Position numbers and translations under genes: made by a program
In this document: piece after piece, positions 18,520-20,413 of the stretch
How the letters are laid out: each line of letters begins with the position of its first letter
How positions within the stretch are numbered: the first letter of the stretch is position 1
Assembly (NCBI GenBank): GCA_963847445.1
Contig: CAWJZV010000047.1
Span: 1 to 20,413, forward strand
Length of the DNA: 20,413 nt
Origin: an uncultured delta proteobacterium
GTDB taxonomy: Bacteria; Desulfobacterota; Binatia; UBA9968
Direction: 5' to 3'
Notes under the pieces: generated by a model
The model's database searches: none
What the model was told of the DNA's origin: nothing
The model's input: only the letters and a program-made list of their open reading frames with translations

Positions 18520-18539
18520 AAACCTGGTTATGCGAGTTG

Positions 18540-18556
18540 AGCAACTCCTATGCCGG
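18540..18556 (-). promoter_or_regulatory. Sigma54 (-24/-12) promoter
   Basis: CCGGCATAGGAGTTGCT = GG-N10-GC, close to the consensus YTGGCAC-N5-TTGCW, about 100 nt upstream of the porin ATG. Confidence 0.8.
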
Positions 18557-18628
18557 AAAAGAAGCAGCTCGTGAAATAACTTAAGGTACTTGAAACAATG
18601 GGATTTCAGCACCCGCCGAAGTATTTCA

Positions 18629-18667
18629 TGCCCATTTATTTTGCAGCAGCTGGCTAATCCCTAGGCA
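18629..18667. promoter_or_regulatory. Tandem NtrC-like enhancer boxes
   Basis: TGCCCATTTATTTTGCA (18629-18645) and TGGCTAATCCCTAGGCA (18651-18667): 17-bp TGC/TGG-N11-GCA dyads 22 bp apart, upstream of the sigma54 site. Confidence 0.6.
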
Positions 18668-18822
18668 CACGCCTATTTTGCGATCAAAGGAGATATGACC
18701 GGCGGGTAGTCGTAATTCGCTGAATTGGGTGTAGTGAGGTGAGTCAGTTTCAATCGCCGGTTTAAAACCGTGACTAACAAACTTTCTCGCAAACCAGCTT
18801 TATCGCGCGAGGAAGACCGCCA

Positions 18823-18927
18823 TCAACTTGCTAACGCTTTCATGAAGCATCGCTCGATCATCACGTCGACACTGATGCCCCGCTTGAGCCGGCGGTTTTC
18901 GAAATCTTGGTCGATGACTGTGGCTAT
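18823..18927 (-). pseudogene. 3'-terminal relic of an NMT1/SsuA-like SBP gene
   Basis: IATVIDQDFENRRLKRGISVDVMIERCFMKALAS* aligns without gaps to the C-terminus of the 19394 gene, IPAVIEEEFQTGRIKKKVTLEDMIDRSFMKALGK*. Confidence 0.75.
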
Positions 18928-19038
18928 GGGTCTGGGTCTTTTGTAACCTTTTGTCGTCTCGCAAAAAAATGCGCCGTTTGAGACATCACCATGCCTCAAA
19001 CGGCGCCCGTCCTTATCGTCGGATACTCTGTAGGAAGT

Positions 19039-19360
19039 TTATGAATTGCAGATTTGCCGCTTCGCCGCGTCGTCGCCGAGAATATTATCTTTTTGCTTTG
19101 CCGCCAGAGCCGTTCGCGCGCGGATTCTGGCTACGGTGTGCGGTAACTCCGAATCGAAGCGCGGACAGTCGGAGGCCATCAAGATATATATGATCCTCGC
19201 CGATTTCCTTGAGCGACGGGCTTATATCGCTTTCGTCCGCTTCGCAGGTCACGTAACAATTGTGCTTGACGTAGCCCGCCGGCGTCATTTTGAGCTCGCC
19301 GGAAACCTGCGGGTAAATTCTTGGCCCGCTCCCAGTCGGATCGAAAGTTGTCGCTCCAGC
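19039..19360 (-). pseudogene. Decayed C-terminal part of an amidohydrolase gene
   Basis: DWERAKN / ELKMTPAGYVKHNCYVTCEADE...IGEDH / ILMASDCPRFDSELPHTV...KQKDNILGDDAAKR, broken by two frameshifts (one in an AT run at 19184-19191). The usual SDYPH motif has decayed to SDCPR. Confidence 0.78.
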
Positions 19361-19393
19361 TTAAGTTGATATCATCGCGTTGGCGCACTCTTT

Positions 19394-20341
19394 CTATTTA
19401 CCCAACGCTTTCATAAATGAGCGGTCGATCATGTCCTCCAGAGTCACTTTCTTTTTTATTCTACCGGTCTGGAATTCCTCTTCGATCACGGCCGGAATAA
19501 TTTTTTCGGCGATCTTGCCGTCCAGCGGGAACGAATCACGATATTCGTCGTATCCCGCCGGCGCGTAGGCCGGGTCTAGCTTGACGTATTTGAGCATGGT
19601 CTTCACCGCATCGTCTTTGTTCTCATGCGTATACTTTACGCCCTTTTGATAGGCGCGAAGAAATTTCGTGACTTGATCCCTTTCTTTGCTGAGGTAGGTC
19701 TCCTTAGCGGCAAAAGTTTCATAGGGCCATTCCGGAAAGACTTCTTTGAGGTCGAGAAGCTTATTATAGCCTTGCGCTTTGGCGATCTCGGTCACCGGGA
19801 ACCATACCAGGGAAGCGTCCACACCCTTCGCCGATAGGGCCGCGAATCGCGCCGGCGTGCTGCCGATCTGGAGTATGGTCACATCCTTGGTGTCCACGCC
19901 GAAGTGGCGCAGGCTCGAGCGCGTCAGAAAGTCGGTGAGCGAGCCGAAGCGGCTGATCGCAAACCGCTTACCCTTGGCCTGCTTCATCGACTTGAAGTCC
20001 GGCTGAGAGTAAAGCTGGAACGGCATAATATTGGAGACGCCCCAAAAGTTTTTGACGTCGATTCCGGCGGCGCGGCCGCCGATGGTTTCGACGAATGCGC
20101 TGCCCATGATCTGCACGTCGCCGCCGATAAGCGCCTGAAGATTGGTGGCGCCGGCGTTAAATAATACCAGCAGAACGTCTAGCCCTTCGTCTTTGAAAAA
20201 GCCCTTTGCCTCGCTGACATAGACGGGCAAGAAAGCCACGTTCACGGACGACAGGCCGACGACAATTTTCGCCGAAACCGGTTGCCAGAGCAGTCCCACT
20301 AACAATAACGTCGAAATGATCAATACACTCATTCGTTTCAT
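19394..20341 (-). CDS. ABC-type substrate-binding protein, NMT1/THI5/SsuA-like
   Basis: Signal peptide; FLPVYVSEAKGFFKDEGLDV, KGKRFAISRFGS and MIDRSF motifs. Confidence 0.88.
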   Translation of the reverse strand: MKRMSVLIISTLLLVGLLWQPVSAKIVVGLSSVNVAFLPVYVSEAKGFFKDEGLDVLLVLFNAGATNLQALIGGDVQIMGSAFVETIGGRAAGIDVKNFWGVSNIMPFQLYSQPDFKSMKQAKGKRFAISRFGSLTDFLTRSSLRHFGVDTKDVTILQIGSTPARFAALSAKGVDASLVWFPVTEIAKAQGYNKLLDLKEVFPEWPYETFAAKETYLSKERDQVTKFLRAYQKGVKYTHENKDDAVKTMLKYVKLDPAYAPAGYDEYRDSFPLDGKIAEKIIPAVIEEEFQTGRIKKKVTLEDMIDRSFMKALGK

Positions 20342-20413
20342 CGGCTCGTACCTTTCTTTTTGCGCAGCACAGTTATGGTTTAGGTGTCTTGGTTAGTTCG
20401 GCATTACTCAGAG

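Noticed and set aside
18823-19500. DGR template/variable repeat pair (SBP tail versus its relic)
   Set aside because: Differences are not adenine-specific, identity is low, and there is no reverse transcriptase in the window.

Overview
GC-rich bacterial window, almost entirely minus-strand. The core (5162-18670) is a complete urea uptake and hydrolysis cluster: porin-urtABCDE-(stand-alone cNMP-binding protein)-ureDABCEFG. Upstream are a sigma54 promoter, tandem NtrC-like boxes and a 5'-UTR with an ANTAR-type dual-hairpin motif that is mutually exclusive with an anti-Shine-Dalgarno helix. Downstream of ureG are two well-formed integron attC sites, with no integrase in the window. They bracket a cassette carrying a PIN/VapC gene and an unannotated, translationally coupled 57-aa partner. 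The flanks hold four orphan solute-binding proteins (three NMT1/SsuA-like, one TctC/Bug), an amidohydrolase running off the left edge, and three decayed gene-tail relics (two amidohydrolase, one SBP) at the cluster borders. Five single-base indels split ureC, urtB (twice), urtC and urtD, most likely sequencing errors. The flanking gene content resembles Binatia-like deltaproteobacterial genomes; this is inference only. All family calls come from motif recognition by eye, not from database searches.
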